Source: an uncultured Collinsella sp. (GTDB taxonomy: Bacteria > Actinomycetota > Coriobacteriia > Coriobacteriales > Coriobacteriaceae). Taken from it: a stretch of DNA of 47,210 nt. The DNA lies in NCBI GenBank assembly GCA_902489955.1, contig CABUBY010000001.1:1-47210 (forward strand), in the 5' to 3' direction. Every line of letters starts with the position of its first letter. Position 1 is the stretch's first letter. Both the position numbers and the translations under genes were made by a program. Below the pieces are notes generated by a model, which worked only from the letters and a program-made list of their open reading frames with translations, made no database searches and was not told the origin of the DNA. Below are positions 19,017-28,371 of the stretch, one piece after another.

Positions 19017-20069
19017 TTAGTGCCTCATAAAGTGGTATTCGATCACATTGCTGTAGGGATGACCCGGGCCCACGATGCCCTGCGGAAACAGCGGGCGGTG
19101 CGGCGTGTCGGGGTACATCTCGGCCTCGAGGGCAAAGCCGGCGCCCCAACCATAGTTGGCGTCGTCCTTGGCGTGCTCGTCGCCCAGCCAGTTGCCGGTG
19201 TAGAGCTGAACGCCCGGGGCGGTGGTGTAGTAGTCCAGCTCACGGCCGGTCCACATCTCCTCGACGTGCAGGGCACGGCGCAGATTGCGGCCGTACTGAT
19301 AGCCGCCAATGCACAGGCAGTGATCGTAGCCGCGTGCCTGCTTAATCTGCGGATGGTCGGCCTCCATGCCAGGCGCGACGGGGCGTAACTCGCGAAAATC
19401 AAACGGTGTTCCCTCGACCGGAGCAATCTCGCCAGTAGGAATGTTCTGGTCGTCGATGGGCAGGTAGTGGGCAGCGTTAGCAACAAAGAAGTGCTCGCAG
19501 TCCATGCCGGCATTATGACCGGCAAGGTTAAAGTACGTGTGGTTGGTCATGGACACGTACGTGGCGCGGTCGCTCTCGCAGCCATATTCGATACGGAAGC
19601 GGCCGGTGTGCGTCACGGTAAACACGGCCGTAAAGGTGCGGTTGCCGGGCAGGCCCAACTCGCCATCCTCAAGTGAGGTGGTCATGCGCACGGCGTTGTG
19701 AGCCTCGTCGAGCTCAACATCCCACACGCGCTTGTGCAGGCCGTGTTCAAGATCGCTGTGCAGGTTGTTGGCGCCCTCGTTGGCGGGCATATGCCAGTCC
19801 GTACCGTCGATGGTGATCGTTGCACCCGCAGTGCGGTTTGCCACGGGGCCAATGGTCGCGCCAAAGCAGGCGGGGTTGTCAAAGTAATCCTCGAGCTTAT
19901 CGAAGCCCAGCACCACATCGCGCACGTTGCCGGGAATGTCGGGCACATCGATACCCAGCACGGTGGCGCCATAGTCCATAATGCGAACGCAGATCTCGGG
20001 CCCGTTGAGGGTGTAACGATGAACGGGGGTACCGCACGGCGCGGTGCCGAAAAGCTCAGAAGTGATCAT
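19017..20069 (-). CDS. galM: Galactose mutarotase (aldose 1-epimerase)
   Basis: DVVLGFD, GATIGPVANR, NNLHS, TNHTYFNL, GYDH and QLYTGN motifs. Confidence 0.92.
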   Translation of the reverse strand: MITSELFGTAPCGTPVHRYTLNGPEICVRIMDYGATVLGIDVPDIPGNVRDVVLGFDKLEDYFDNPACFGATIGPVANRTAGATITIDGTDWHMPANEGANNLHSDLEHGLHKRVWDVELDEAHNAVRMTTSLEDGELGLPGNRTFTAVFTVTHTGRFRIEYGCESDRATYVSMTNHTYFNLAGHNAGMDCEHFFVANAAHYLPIDDQNIPTGEIAPVEGTPFDFRELRPVAPGMEADHPQIKQARGYDHCLCIGGYQYGRNLRRALHVEEMWTGRELDYYTTAPGVQLYTGNWLGDEHAKDDANYGWGAGFALEAEMYPDTPHRPLFPQGIVGPGHPYSNVIEYHFMRH

Positions 20070-20275
20070 TTGGTTCCTAACATCGAGGTATTTCCCACAA
20101 ACTGTAGCGCGAACAGGTGAGATTATCACTACATCCCACTAAAGCAGGGGGTATTTTTCTCAAAAAAGTGATGATTGGAGCTGTGCGGGCGTTCATTTTT
20201 GACGCGCACGAGTCTGATACAATTTGTTCGTTACTGTTTGAAGGATATGCGCGCAAAGAACGGCGAGGATTCATC

Positions 20276-21040
20276 GTGATTAAAGCGGAGCGACAGGATA
20301 AGGTTCGTCAGCTGCTCGAGGAGCAGGGCACGGTCTCGGTCAAGGAGATTTCGGATGCACTGGGCGTCTCGGATATGACGATCCGCCGTGATCTTGAGGA
20401 GCTTGCGAGCCTGGGCGAGATCGAGCGCGTGCACGGCGGCGCCCGCAGTGCACAGGGTCGTCCCCACGCTATGTTGCGCCACGAGTACTCGCACAGCGAA
20501 AAGCGCACCAAGCATGCCGAGGAAAAGTTGCAGATTGCGCGCCGCGCCGTGGAGCTTATCGAGGAAGGTTCGACCATCTTTTTGGGCACGGGCACCACGG
20601 TTGAGCAGATGGCATCGATGCTGCCGGCGTTTGGCCTGCGCATTGTGACCAATTCGCTTTCGGTGTTTAACCTGCTCGAGGCGCGCGAGGACTGCGACCT
20701 GTGCCTCGTGGGCGGCATGTATCGCCGTCGCACCGCCGCTTTTGTGGGACCAACGGCCGAGGATACCCTGCGTGCGTTGGGTATTGACGCGGCGTTTATC
20801 GGTGCCAACGGCATTTTGGACGGCGACGTGTCCACATCTAACATGGAAGAGGGTCGTATCCAGCAGCTCGCCTTTAGCAAGGCAGACTCGCGCTATCTGA
20901 TCGCCGATTCCAGCAAGATTGGCAAGCGCGACTTCTACACCTTCTGCCGTCTGGACAGCCTGGATGCCGTGGTGTGCGAGCCGGGTATTACCGCCGAGGA
21001 CCGCGCCGCCATCGAGGAGCATACGCAGGTCATTTGCTAG
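20276..21040 (+). CDS. DeoR/LacR-family transcriptional regulator
   Basis: GVSDMTIRRDL..L...G.IERVHGGA, FLGTGTT, VTNSL and ADSSKIG motifs; GTG start after GAGG. Confidence 0.92.
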   Translation: MIKAERQDKVRQLLEEQGTVSVKEISDALGVSDMTIRRDLEELASLGEIERVHGGARSAQGRPHAMLRHEYSHSEKRTKHAEEKLQIARRAVELIEEGSTIFLGTGTTVEQMASMLPAFGLRIVTNSLSVFNLLEAREDCDLCLVGGMYRRRTAAFVGPTAEDTLRALGIDAAFIGANGILDGDVSTSNMEEGRIQQLAFSKADSRYLIADSSKIGKRDFYTFCRLDSLDAVVCEPGITAEDRAAIEEHTQVIC

Positions 21041-21095
21041 CTAGCGCTGCAGGATTGCTAGTAAGCGCTGTGTGAGGACTTTTGCCCCCCTGTCA
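20644..21095 (+). repeat. Long direct repeat, copy 1 (deoR 3' half plus downstream DNA)
   Basis: Colinear with 25321-25771 (offset 4677). Confidence 0.9.
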
Positions 21096-21161
21096 TTGTG
21101 GGGAATCGGCGCGTCAGCGCTATGCGATATGACGCGCAAATGGGGACTTCGCTATCAAATT

Positions 21162-21380
21162 GTCTCAACCTGTAACAGGTAGGGGGTGAAGTCACCAACC
21201 AGATGTTACAGATTGAGATTTTTGGCCCGGCCTATTCCGTTTGTCTCAATCTGTAACAGCTAGACGTCCAAAACCGGTCTTAGTGTTACAGATTGAGACG
21301 ATTCGGCGGGGTCTACCTTGTTTGTCTCGATCTGTAACGGTTAGGACTTAAAAACTCGGCTACGTGTTACAGATCGAGAC
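21162..21380. repeat. 81-bp hairpin-repeat array 1 (3 units)
   Basis: Left arms GTCTC(A/G)ATCTGTAAC at 21162, 21243, 21324; inverse arms TGTTACAGAT(T/C)GAGA at 21204, 21284, 21365. Confidence 0.92.
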
Positions 21381-21395
21381 AAAAGAAAAAGAACA

Positions 21396-22133
21396 TTAGG
21401 ACTTGAAAATAAAGTTTTGATAAGGGACCCGCCCAGTTAAGACGGTGCGGCAGACAATTGAGATTAGTTTGCCTCCGGAGTCGTAAGCATAATGAGTCAG
21501 TTCGATGACCGGAAGTTTTGCAACACCATAATTACTGGCTTCGGAATCGCTAAGCTGACGTGCTCTATAGCTTTCCCTAACAGATTGGATAGACTTGGAC
21601 AAGTCGTCCATGATTCTGCTAAATGCCTGAAAATCTAACTGGTTATTCGGAACGCGCGACTTTGAAATGAAGAACGTATCAGCGCCTATGAAGCTGCCTT
21701 CAAGTTCGTAGGTCAATTCAAGACGCTGAATCTCATCGCGACTTTGACATCCAAATTGTTGGAGCATCATTACGGAAATTGGACGACCTGATGTGAGGCC
21801 GCCGAAATGTTTGGTGATGGCATCCGGATCAACGCCATCGCAATGGCTTGCAAAGTCAAAGTCTAAAAGTGAATTGAGCTCGCTAACGCGTTTCGGTGCA
21901 ACAAACGATCCCTTACCTTGGATTCGATAGATACTTCCACGACGCTCCAGCTCACTCATGGCAAGTCGGACGGTTGTTCTGCTTACGGCGTATTCGTCGC
22001 AGAGTTCCATTTCTGTTGGAAGTTTATCGTCTACTTGATATTCATCGACGATCTGCTTGAGCAGTGCGTCGGTGAGCTGTAAATAGAGTGGCCGTTTTTC
22101 GTGTGTATCGAGCATTAGAGCCTCAGTTTGCAT
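21396..22133 (-). CDS. GntR (HutC-like) transcriptional regulator
   Basis: PLYLQL, LPTEMELCDEYAVSRTTVR, QGKGSFV; codon usage more AT-rich than the host genes. Confidence 0.88.
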   Translation of the reverse strand: MQTEALMLDTHEKRPLYLQLTDALLKQIVDEYQVDDKLPTEMELCDEYAVSRTTVRLAMSELERRGSIYRIQGKGSFVAPKRVSELNSLLDFDFASHCDGVDPDAITKHFGGLTSGRPISVMMLQQFGCQSRDEIQRLELTYELEGSFIGADTFFISKSRVPNNQLDFQAFSRIMDDLSKSIQSVRESYRARQLSDSEASNYGVAKLPVIELTHYAYDSGGKLISIVCRTVLTGRVPYQNFIFKS

Positions 22134-22187
22134 GTTGGTTATACCTGATGGTTGCCTCAGTCGGGATGTAACGTGGGCAAGGTAACC

Positions 22188-23108
22188 TTAACGTATCACA
22201 GAGCGGCTCAGCATGACGATCTGATGCCTGTATCCACGAAGGGCTTGTCCGAGCGTGAAGATATTCTGGGGCAGGCAAATACCGTTCATGGAGTCCCCGA
22301 TATGCTGGAGGTCAGCGCCGGCTGCTTTTGCTGCAAGGCCTATTTTCTTAATGGTCTCGCTGTCGCAGGAGTCTTGACTCGTCCCGTTCGCCGCCATGAC
22401 GAGAACCTTCTCTTCAATTGACTTGCCTACGTTGTGGGATCGTACAAAGTCTACGATGGCGCGCAGGTCTGCTTCTTGGAAGCAAGGGACGGTGTAGGGG
22501 GCTGGCACGAGAAGGATATCGACGCCGAGGTCAACAAACTTACGCGCAATTTCGAGCGTCATGACAGGTTCCGCAACGCCCGCTCCATGCATTTTTCCGG
22601 CTATGATCAGGCCATTGAAATGCTCTTTGGAGAGTTTAATCGAATGGGCGATTGCATCGTTGGAGACGCCGGTTCCAGGGTTGCCCGTCAGGCAGATAAA
22701 ATCAAATCCGAGTTCGTTAGCCTTTTCTAAGGTCTTGGGAGAGACGCGACGACCCATGGGGATTTCCGTTCGGGATTCAGACATCTCTGCCTCGTTATCA
22801 ACTGGCTCCAGATTGACGCCAATGGGCCTTCCGCATGCTCGCTTCACCCAAGTGACCGGGTTTTCATTGAGATCATCTGGAATACCGGCAATAACTGGAT
22901 CGAACACATCGAGCGCGTTAAACAGAAGCAGGTCGGCACCTGCGGCACGTTCGATTTCTGCATTAGTAACGCCGCCGAGAAATTGGGAAGAGGGTACGTT
23001 TTCCGCCATGATGGTACGTCCCTCGGAAGCCAGAATTGCCTGCTTTAGATCCATGGGTGACGTGGCGGCAAAATCGGATGCGGACATGTTCAGTAATCGT
23101 TTGGGCAT
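22188..23108 (-). CDS. Uncharacterised TIM-barrel-like enzyme (often annotated PEP-phosphonomutase-like)
   Basis: AILASEGR, GADLLLFN, PIGVNLEP, LTGNPGTGV, AGKMHGAG and GADLQHIGD motifs. Confidence 0.7.
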   Translation of the reverse strand: MPKRLLNMSASDFAATSPMDLKQAILASEGRTIMAENVPSSQFLGGVTNAEIERAAGADLLLFNALDVFDPVIAGIPDDLNENPVTWVKRACGRPIGVNLEPVDNEAEMSESRTEIPMGRRVSPKTLEKANELGFDFICLTGNPGTGVSNDAIAHSIKLSKEHFNGLIIAGKMHGAGVAEPVMTLEIARKFVDLGVDILLVPAPYTVPCFQEADLRAIVDFVRSHNVGKSIEEKVLVMAANGTSQDSCDSETIKKIGLAAKAAGADLQHIGDSMNGICLPQNIFTLGQALRGYRHQIVMLSRSVIR

Positions 23109-23464
23109 TGTTACTTCCTTTGACTAGAACGACAGGCTTGTGACATTGTCTCTAATATTGTTACAACAATATATTCAAAATGTTATATCCAATCGGTGAA
23201 CGGTTGTAAGCTTATTGTACTGCTCGGAAAAAATAGCCTTTAGCTGGGAAAATCTTATATTAATCAACTACCGTTCACCGAATAAGTATTTGAATTCTTG
23301 ACATGTCGACAAAGCGGAAAAAGAATTGGTTATGACAAATCGCGCAAATGATATTACATTTCGCACGAGAACGTATTCACTTACATAAGTGGATACAAAC
23401 GGGGACGACGACGGTTGAGTCCGGATAAATCGTTACGTGCCCGGGAATCATGAAAGGATGTGTT

Positions 23465-25159
23465 ATGGACGCTATCGTCAAATTCCTTGAAAAACACCAG
23501 CCCCTCTTCGACAAAATCTCGAGGAACATTTATCTGGTGGCGATCAAGGATGGCTTTCTCTCGAATATGCCAATTGTGCTGTTCTCGAGCCTGTTCCTTC
23601 TTCTTTCGACGCTCCCTGCCTATGTAGGCATCACGCTTCCGCCTGAGGTGCTGGATTTCTTCAATAAAATCTATGCATATACCATGGGGCTTCTTGGCAT
23701 TATGGTGGCCGGCACCACGGCGAGCTCACTTGCCATGTCGATGAACCGTCGCATGCCTTCGGGCAAATCTCTCAACCCCACCTCGTGCATGGTTTGTGCC
23801 ATGTGCGGCATGCTCTTGCTATCGGTGACGAACGATGTTGTCTCGATTGGCGGAGCAGATACATCTGTTTTTGAAACCGGCTATATGGGAACCAAGGGTT
23901 TTCTCGCTGCGTTCGTAGCCGCATTTTTGACCGTTAATATCTATAAGGTGTGCATTAGCCATAATGTGACGATCAAGCTCCCCAAAGAGGTCCCTGGCTC
24001 TATTGCGCAGAGTTTTCGCGATATCTTTGCATTTGGGTTTTCGATCCTTGCGTGCGCTTTTATCGATCTTGCGAGCCGCAAGCTGCTTGCTGTGCCGTTC
24101 GCCAATTTGGTATCCGCTCTCATCTCGCCGCTGTTCTCCGCGGTCGACACCTATCCTGGCATGGCGCTTATCGAAGGCGCGGTCGCACTTTTCCAATTTA
24201 TGGGTATCCACGGTGCTTCGGTTGTCATGAGTCCGATCAATGCTGCGCTCTACGGCAATACCGTTACCAATCTTGAGGTTTTCCAAGCAGGTGGACACCC
24301 GTCAATTGCTCTCACGCAGGACTTTACAAGCTTCATCGGCGGTCTGGGCGGTTCTGGCTGCACGTTCATCGTTCCTATTATCCTGATCATGTTTATGCGC
24401 TCCAAGCAGCTTAAAGCCATGGGTAAGGCATCGATTATCCCGGTGATTTTTGGAGTTAACGAGCCTGTTATCTTCGGTATGCCGATTGTTCTCAATCCCT
24501 ATATGTTCGTGCCCTTCCTAGTGGCTCCTATGGTCAACGCCATTATCGGTAAGTTCTTCATTGACGTCATTGGAATGAACGCCCCCATGTATACCATGCC
24601 GTGGGCGCTTCCCGGCCCAATCGGTGCATTCCTCACCACGGGTCTCGATCTGCGTTCTCTCGTATTGATGGCAGTGCTGTTGGTCGTTGACTTTGTGATT
24701 TACTATCCGTTCTGCAAGGCGTATGACCATCAGCTTTGTTTGGAAGAGTCTGCAAAGGAGACTGCAGGAACCTCGGATGCAGATGCTATTGCCGCACAGG
24801 AAAATGTCGCAAAAGCTCTCGAGGCGGTAAAGGACAAGGCGGAGCAGATCCGCGTGCTTGTGCTTTGCCAGGGTGCCGGCACTTCGACTCTCTTGGCAAA
24901 TGCTCTTCGCGAAGGTGCCGCTGCTAAGGGTATCGATCTGGTTTCTCAGTCCGGTGCGTACGGAAGCCACTATGAGACGATGGATCAGTACAACGTGATT
25001 GTTCTGGCGCCCCAGGCACGCATGTACTATGACGCTATGAAGGCCGATACCGATCGCCTTGGAATTAAACTGCTCACCACAAGGGGCAAGGAGTATATCG
25101 ACCTTACCAACGATCCCGAAGGTGCAATTGACTGGATCGTTCAGGAGCTGGCCAAATAG
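23465..25159 (+). CDS. lacE: PTS lactose-family IICB, paralog 1
   Basis: AIKDGF, KLPKEVP, GIHG, GVNEP and IIB LVLCQGAGTS motifs; ATG 23465 after GAAAGGA. Confidence 0.88.
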   Translation: MDAIVKFLEKHQPLFDKISRNIYLVAIKDGFLSNMPIVLFSSLFLLLSTLPAYVGITLPPEVLDFFNKIYAYTMGLLGIMVAGTTASSLAMSMNRRMPSGKSLNPTSCMVCAMCGMLLLSVTNDVVSIGGADTSVFETGYMGTKGFLAAFVAAFLTVNIYKVCISHNVTIKLPKEVPGSIAQSFRDIFAFGFSILACAFIDLASRKLLAVPFANLVSALISPLFSAVDTYPGMALIEGAVALFQFMGIHGASVVMSPINAALYGNTVTNLEVFQAGGHPSIALTQDFTSFIGGLGGSGCTFIVPIILIMFMRSKQLKAMGKASIIPVIFGVNEPVIFGMPIVLNPYMFVPFLVAPMVNAIIGKFFIDVIGMNAPMYTMPWALPGPIGAFLTTGLDLRSLVLMAVLLVVDFVIYYPFCKAYDHQLCLEESAKETAGTSDADAIAAQENVAKALEAVKDKAEQIRVLVLCQGAGTSTLLANALREGAAAKGIDLVSQSGAYGSHYETMDQYNVIVLAPQARMYYDAMKADTDRLGIKLLTTRGKEYIDLTNDPEGAIDWIVQELAK

Positions 25160-25194
25160 TGGATGCACTTCGTCGTTGATTCGTCGGTGTATGG

Positions 25195-25229
25195 TACGGC
25201 CCCGCAGCTTATTGAGCTGCGGGGCCGTA
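25195..25229 (+). terminator. Strong hairpin (probable terminator) after lacE-1
   Basis: TACGGCCCCGCAGCT...AGCTGCGGGGCCGTA perfect 15-bp stem; weak T tail. Confidence 0.6.
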
Positions 25230-25320
25230 TGTCGTTGAGTATCTAATTGAGACAATGAGCGCAACCGTCGTGAGATCGCATTGGCGCTCTCCGAGTCACC
25301 GACAAACTGCCTTCCATCTA

Positions 25321-25717
25321 TGTGACCAATTCGCTTTCGGCGTTTAGCCTGCTCGAGGTGCGCGAGGATTGCGAGCTGTGCCTGGTGGGCGGCATGTACC
25401 GTCGCCGCACCGCCGCCTTTGTGAGCCCCATGGCCGAGGATACCCTGCGCGCACTAGGGATTGACACGGCGTTTATCGGTGCCAACGGCATTCTGGACGG
25501 CGACGTGTCCACGTCCAACATGGACGAGGGCCGCATCCAGCAGCTCGCCTTTAGCAAGGTCGATACGCGCTACCTCATCGCCGACTCCAGCAAGATCGGC
25601 AGGCGCGACTTCTACACTTTCTGCCGCCTGGACAGCCTGGACGCCGTGGTATGTGAGCCGAGCATCTCCGCTGAGGACCGTGCCGCCATCGAGGAGCATA
25701 CGCAGGTCATTTGCTAG
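25321..25717 (+). pseudogene. Truncated duplicate of deoR (C-terminal half only, no HTH); part of direct repeat copy 2 (25321-25771)
   Basis: VTNSLSAFSLLEVREDC...EEHTQVIC* is near-identical to deoR 20644-21040; no N-terminal domain upstream. Confidence 0.88.
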
Positions 25718-25791
25718 CTAGCGCTGCAGGATTGCTAGCAAGCGCTGCGTGAGGACTTTTGCCCTCTGTCAGCGCAGGGGTTATCGCTTCA

Positions 25792-25910
25792 ATATGACGC
25801 GCAGAATGACACATATAAGTAAAAACACCATTTGTGCGTCAAATTTGATGACGCGTAAAAATTTGCGCGTCATTTTACGCGTCAACGTGACGCGATATGA
25901 CACGCAAATG
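25792..25910. repeat. Cluster of TGACGCG(C/T)AAA direct and inverted repeats
   Basis: About seven TGACGCG/CGCGTCA-type words; the last block matches 21124-21142. Confidence 0.7.
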
Positions 25911-25938
25911 TGCTCGGGCCAAGTACTCAGCTTGTGGG

Positions 25939-26244
25939 CTAGACCAGACGGGCGTAGTCCTGTGACTGATGAAAGATGTGGGCGATATAGATTGTTTCGT
26001 GCTCAAACTTATAAAGGCACACGTAGTTGTTGATGGGAAACGATCGGTAATTACGTGCCGCCAGCTCTTGCATGTGCGAGAGGGGACGTAGGAGCGGCTG
26101 CTCGCGAAGCAGATCAAGCTGATATTCAAACTCAGCGACAAAATTGCCTGCTGCACGCGGATTCTTGAGGATTTGGGCAAGGTATCCGACAATACTCTCG
26201 TACTCATATCGCGCGCTTTTGAGGATTACGACGTTATAGGTCAT
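25939..26244 (-). CDS. RelE/ParE-family type II toxin
   Basis: YNVVIL.SA..E..SI..YL, YRSFPINNY.CLY and IYIAHIFH..QDY motifs; overlaps the antitoxin gene. Confidence 0.85.
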   Translation of the reverse strand: MTYNVVILKSARYEYESIVGYLAQILKNPRAAGNFVAEFEYQLDLLREQPLLRPLSHMQELAARNYRSFPINNYVCLYKFEHETIYIAHIFHQSQDYARLV

Positions 26245-26500
26245 ATTTGTCTCGTATCGAAGCCGCGAAGGATTCGTAGTCGCTGTAGTCGCCTTGCGAT
26301 ATTTCGTCTTCTGCCAACATCATACGAGACAGTAGTTTTGCCTTGGCGATTTCTTCTTGCATGAGGCGATACTGGTCGCTGCTGATGCAGTGCATGGCCT
26401 CGTAGCCGTTCTTAGTTACGGTGACGTCGCGCTCAGACTCAACAAGCGTAGTGAATGCAGCAGTGTCCTTCATATCTCGGACGGGCACACAAGCTGACAT
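26234..26500 (-). CDS. Phd/YefM-family type II antitoxin
   Basis: VPVRDMKD..F..LV.S...VTVTKNG..., AAGGAGG RBS; immediately upstream of the toxin. Confidence 0.85.
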   Translation of the reverse strand: MSACVPVRDMKDTAAFTTLVESERDVTVTKNGYEAMHCISSDQYRLMQEEIAKAKLLSRMMLAEDEISQGDYSDYESFAASIRDKYDL

Positions 26501-26567
26501 GGGTACCTCCTTTGTGTTGGGACACAATTGTACCACGGTGTGTCCATGCGGACGATACCGTCGAATC

Positions 26568-26785
26568 GTCTCAATCTGTACCAGTTGGGATCGAAAAACT
26601 CGGCTAGATGTTACAGATTGAGATTAAAGGGATTGACCTGTGGCGTTTGTCTCGATCTGTAACAGGTAGACGGTCGAAAGTGGGCTATGTGTTACAGATC
26701 GAGATATTTCTGCTCGGGCGTTCTGTTTGTCTTGATCTGTAACAGCTAGGGCCGAAAATCCCTGCTAGATGTTACAGATTGAGAC
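26568..26785. repeat. 81-bp hairpin-repeat array 2 (3 units)
   Basis: Left arms at 26568, 26649, 26729; inverse arms at 26609, 26690, 26770. Confidence 0.92.
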
Positions 26786-26808
26786 AAACGACTTGTACGG
26801 GCCGAGCT

Positions 26809-26856
26809 AAAACAAAAAGGCCGCATGCGAACCCGTGGAGGGATTCGTATGCGGCC
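26809..26856 (-). terminator. Terminator of lacG-1
   Basis: GGCCGCATGCGAA...TTCGTATGCGGCC preceded by an A-rich run. Confidence 0.75.
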
Positions 26857-26878
26857 GACAGGGGGTATGCGGCGGAAA

Positions 26879-28299
<1,421 letters not shown>

Positions 28300-28371
28300 T
28301 CATCCTTTCTGTGGGATACGAATAGGGAGAGGTGCCCGAACTGGGGATCCGGGCACCAACAGAGGGAGGAA

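Noticed and set aside
21162..21380. 81-bp period as a 27-aa protein repeat
   Set aside because: Stops occur within units, some periods are 80 bp, and the ORF track shows no ORF spanning the array.
25322..25717. Stand-alone 131-aa DeoR sensor-domain gene
   Set aside because: It starts mid-domain at the repeat boundary with no RBS; better explained as a duplication remnant.
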